From Holophagaceae bacterium (lineage in GTDB: Bacteria; Acidobacteriota; Holophagae; Holophagales; Holophagaceae), in the NCBI GenBank assembly GCA_025358435.1, contig JANYJQ010000052.1:1-59219 (forward strand): a DNA stretch of 59,219 bases, read 5' to 3'. Below are positions 56,671 through 59,219 of this stretch, piece by piece. The notes under the pieces were generated by a model that was given only the letters and a program-made list of their open reading frames with translations, did no database searches and was not told the DNA's origin. Positions within the stretch are counted from its first letter, which is position 1. Each line of letters starts with the position of its first letter. Made by a program: the position numbers and the translations under genes.

Positions 56671-58932
56671 TTGCGCATGCTCCGTTCCATTTTTTCCGCC
56701 CAGGCCCTTGTGGCTTCTTTCCTCGCCGTGGCGACGATCGTGTCCTGCGGCGGGGGTGGTGGTGGGAGCCCGAATACCACGCCACCGGCCGTTACCGTCG
56801 CCGTGAGCCCAGCCTCGGCCAACCTCGTCTTCGGTGGCACCCAGTCCTTTACATCCGCCGTTGTCAATTCGACCAATCAATCCGTGACCTGGAGCGTGGA
56901 CCCCGTCGGCCCTGTGAACGTGGGTTCAATCACAACTGCTGGCTTGTATACCGCACCAGCCGCCGCAGGGACCTTCACGATACGGGCAACGTCCGCAGCC
57001 GACCCCACCAAAAGCGGAACAGCCAGCGTCAACGTCACTCCACCACCGGTCATTGGCATCACCCTCAATCCGACCCAGCCCAGCCTGGCGGCGGGCGGCG
57101 CGCTGCTCTTCAGCGCCACGGTCACGGGCAGTTCCAATCAGAACGCCACCTGGACGGTGATCCCGGGCAGCGCCACAGGAAGCATTCCAGCCGGGCCTTC
57201 CGCCACCGCCACCTTCACAGCAGGGCCCTCCGCTGGAAGCTGCCAGGTCAGGGCCACCAGCGTGGCGGATTCCACCAAAACCGCCACCGCCATCGTGACC
57301 ATCACCACCGCCATGGGTCTGATCATTTCACCCTCGTTGCTCTCCATCGCCCCGGGAACCATTCAGCAATTCGGGGCGCTGCTGAACGGTATCCCCACGA
57401 GTACCGTGGCCTGGAGCATACAGGAAGGCGCTGTGGCGGGCGCAATCAGCGCTACGGGCCTGTACACCGCGGGCAGCACTGTCGGCACCTATCACGTGCA
57501 GGCCGCCACGACCAGTGGTCCAGCCCTCTCCGCCTCGGCACAGGTCACCGTCGCCACCACGGTGTCCATCCAGATCCTGCCGGGCACCTTGACCCTCAGC
57601 GGCGGGGACACGGGGAACTTCAACGCGCAATTGGATCCCAGTGGCATCCTGCGGAATGTGACCTGGGCCATCCAAGAAGGAGCGGCCGGGGGCAACTACT
57701 CCACGGACAACAGGAATATGGTCTATTTCCCGCCCATCGTAACTTCGCAAGCTCTTGTCCATATCATCGTCACCAGCGTGGCGGATCCCACGAAATCCTC
57801 CACGGCCGCCGTGACCGTGAACCCACCACCTTCCGGCGGCATCGGTTTCTCCGCGGCGCCCCAATCCATGGCCTCCCGCCGTCAGCAGTTCACCGCGTCC
57901 CCGCTGGCCGACGGCCGGATTTTCATCTGTGGCGGTACCTACGACACCCTTACAAATACGCCCAACGCGGACCCCCAGGAAATATTCGACCCTGCCACCC
58001 GCGCCTTCTCTGCCGTCGCAGGGACGATGGTGCATGGCCGCAGCTTCCACACCGCCACGCCGATGGGCAACGGCAAAGTGCTGATCTGCGGTGGCGCCAC
58101 GGGTTACGAGAACCCCAACCGAGCCAGCGCCGAGGTGTTCGACCCAGCTACGGGTCAATTCGCCGCAACCCTCAACTCGATGAGCATTGTCCGGGGCGCC
58201 GGGCACCAGTCCGTGTTGCTGACCTCCGGACCCAATGCAGGCAAGGTGCTGGTGCTGGGTGGTGCGGGCTACTACTACACGACGGACGCGACTTCTTTGG
58301 CGGATCTCTACGACCCCGCCACGAACAGCTTCTCCGCCCTTCCTTCAGGAATGAACGATGCGAGAGCTGGTTTCACCGCCACGAAACTCCAGGATGGGCG
58401 CATCCTTCTGGTTGGCGGAGTCAAGAGCAGCGCCGAGAGGCAACTCACCACTGCGGAGATCTTCGATCCCGCCACTCTGAACTTCACCCGGACAAATGGC
58501 AATCTGGCCACGGCCCGCTACTGGCACACCGCCACCCTGCTGAACAGCGGCAAGGTGCTGATCACCGGCGGACTCGGAGCCTACGATGGCCATCTCGAGC
58601 TGGCAGAGATCTTCGACCCGGCCACGGGCCTCTTTGCGCAGATCGCCAGTCCCATGGCCGTGGCCCGCTATTACCACAGCGCCACACTCATGGGCAATGG
58701 GCAGGTGCTGGTGACGGGCGGCAAAGATGGGAATAGCTACGTCTACCGCACCTGCGGGAGCGCGGAGATCTATGACCCCAACAGCAACACCTGGTCCAGC
58801 GCAGGGCGTATGGGTACAGCCCGGGAGGAACACGCGACTGTGCTGCTTAGCTCCGGTCCCTCCGCAGGGAAGGTGCTGGTGATTGGCGGTTCCAACGGCA
58901 ACGCGAAGAACAGCGTGGAGATCTTCAATTGA
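56671..58932 (+). CDS. Lipoprotein with N-terminal Big_2 (bacterial Ig-like) repeats and a C-terminal Kelch-type beta-propeller
   Basis: Lipobox (ATIVSCGGGGGGS). About five repeats of the type VTWSV...G.I...GLYTAP...GT..V.ATS.AD.TKS..A.VTV. Six or more Kelch-like blades (G.VL..GG ... AE.FDPAT..F). Confidence 0.8.
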   Translation: MRMLRSIFSAQALVASFLAVATIVSCGGGGGGSPNTTPPAVTVAVSPASANLVFGGTQSFTSAVVNSTNQSVTWSVDPVGPVNVGSITTAGLYTAPAAAGTFTIRATSAADPTKSGTASVNVTPPPVIGITLNPTQPSLAAGGALLFSATVTGSSNQNATWTVIPGSATGSIPAGPSATATFTAGPSAGSCQVRATSVADSTKTATAIVTITTAMGLIISPSLLSIAPGTIQQFGALLNGIPTSTVAWSIQEGAVAGAISATGLYTAGSTVGTYHVQAATTSGPALSASAQVTVATTVSIQILPGTLTLSGGDTGNFNAQLDPSGILRNVTWAIQEGAAGGNYSTDNRNMVYFPPIVTSQALVHIIVTSVADPTKSSTAAVTVNPPPSGGIGFSAAPQSMASRRQQFTASPLADGRIFICGGTYDTLTNTPNADPQEIFDPATRAFSAVAGTMVHGRSFHTATPMGNGKVLICGGATGYENPNRASAEVFDPATGQFAATLNSMSIVRGAGHQSVLLTSGPNAGKVLVLGGAGYYYTTDATSLADLYDPATNSFSALPSGMNDARAGFTATKLQDGRILLVGGVKSSAERQLTTAEIFDPATLNFTRTNGNLATARYWHTATLLNSGKVLITGGLGAYDGHLELAEIFDPATGLFAQIASPMAVARYYHSATLMGNGQVLVTGGKDGNSYVYRTCGSAEIYDPNSNTWSSAGRMGTAREEHATVLLSSGPSAGKVLVIGGSNGNAKNSVEIFN

Positions 58933-58948
58933 TGCCTCGGCCGGAGGC

Positions 58949-59219
58949 TCATCCGCCTGAGGAATCATCCACCGTCGGCCAGTAGCTCTGCTCGTATAGG
59001 AAGGCGAAAGTCAAGGTGGCGCTGGTGGCCATGATCACCACGACGGCGCCTGCCGCTGGCTTTTCGCCCAACAAGGGAATACAGGAGCGAGCGAGCAGCA
59101 CGAGGCCGGAAAGAGCCGAGAGCCAGCCACCGGCGCGATGACGAAGCATGAGCGGCACGACCGCCAGCAGCAGTCCTCCCAAGCCCCAAGCCATCCAGAA
59201 CCCGGTCTCCCACCGAGCC
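58949..59219 (-). CDS. Hydrophobic small or partial membrane protein (the frame stays open to the window edge)
   Basis: TM-like segments (GLGGLLLAVVPLML, WLSALSGLVLLA, AVVVIMATSATLTFAFL). There is no stop upstream of the first Met before the window ends. Confidence 0.3.
   Translation of the reverse strand, partial: ARWETGFWMAWGLGGLLLAVVPLMLRHRAGGWLSALSGLVLLARSCIPLLGEKPAAGAVVVIMATSATLTFAFLYEQSYWPTVDDSSGG

Overview
GC-rich bacterial chromosomal window. It is densely coded and consists mostly of housekeeping and envelope genes. The gene content gives a weak, unverified impression of an anaerobic Acidobacteriota/Holophagae-like organism (ffh-rpsP-KH-rimM block, PFOR, bacilliredoxin, many secreted peptidases). 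Recognised genes, left to right:
- pqiB/pqiC-like MCE pair (5' truncated by the window edge)
- fused membrane/spermidine-synthase-like/TPR protein
- two unknown genes
- RNase R
- secreted legumain-like (clan CD) peptidase
- hybrid histidine kinase, diguanylate cyclase
- ruvC, a DUF1275 protein, a YyaL thioredoxin-domain protein
- ffh-rpsP-KH-rimM
- nifJ-type pyruvate:ferredoxin oxidoreductase plus a DHOD-like gene
- sppA, bacilliredoxin, fused 2-oxoacid dehydrogenase E1 alpha/beta
- GAF plus degenerate GGDEF protein, Nfu/NifU, inositol monophosphatase
- small-ORF plus nucleotidyltransferase-fold pair
- M1 aminopeptidase, an HhH protein, a decayed 7TMR-DISM sensor
- two tandem M13 peptidases, mfd, a glycosyltransferase
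- tetR-OMF-MFP-RND efflux operon
- Delta9-type desaturase, Big_2/Kelch lipoprotein

I saw no rRNA, tRNA, CRISPR array, transposase, integrase or phage genes. I did not find a convincing self-contained novel multi-gene system.

The observations most worth follow-up are:
1. A diverged duplicate of the rnr 3' end that brackets the legumain-like peptidase gene, which looks like a recombination or insertion footprint.
2. A dispersed family of 7-8 nt tandem repeats (TCTCGAC / TCTTGAC / TCTCAAC) in three intergenic regions. One copy is arranged as a large inverted pair.
3. A 7TMR-DISM sensor pseudogene with three separate lesions.
4. An efflux outer-membrane factor with no signal peptide.
5. A translationally coupled small-ORF/nucleotidyltransferase cassette.

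All family assignments rest on motifs read by eye from the supplied translations. No database search was run.
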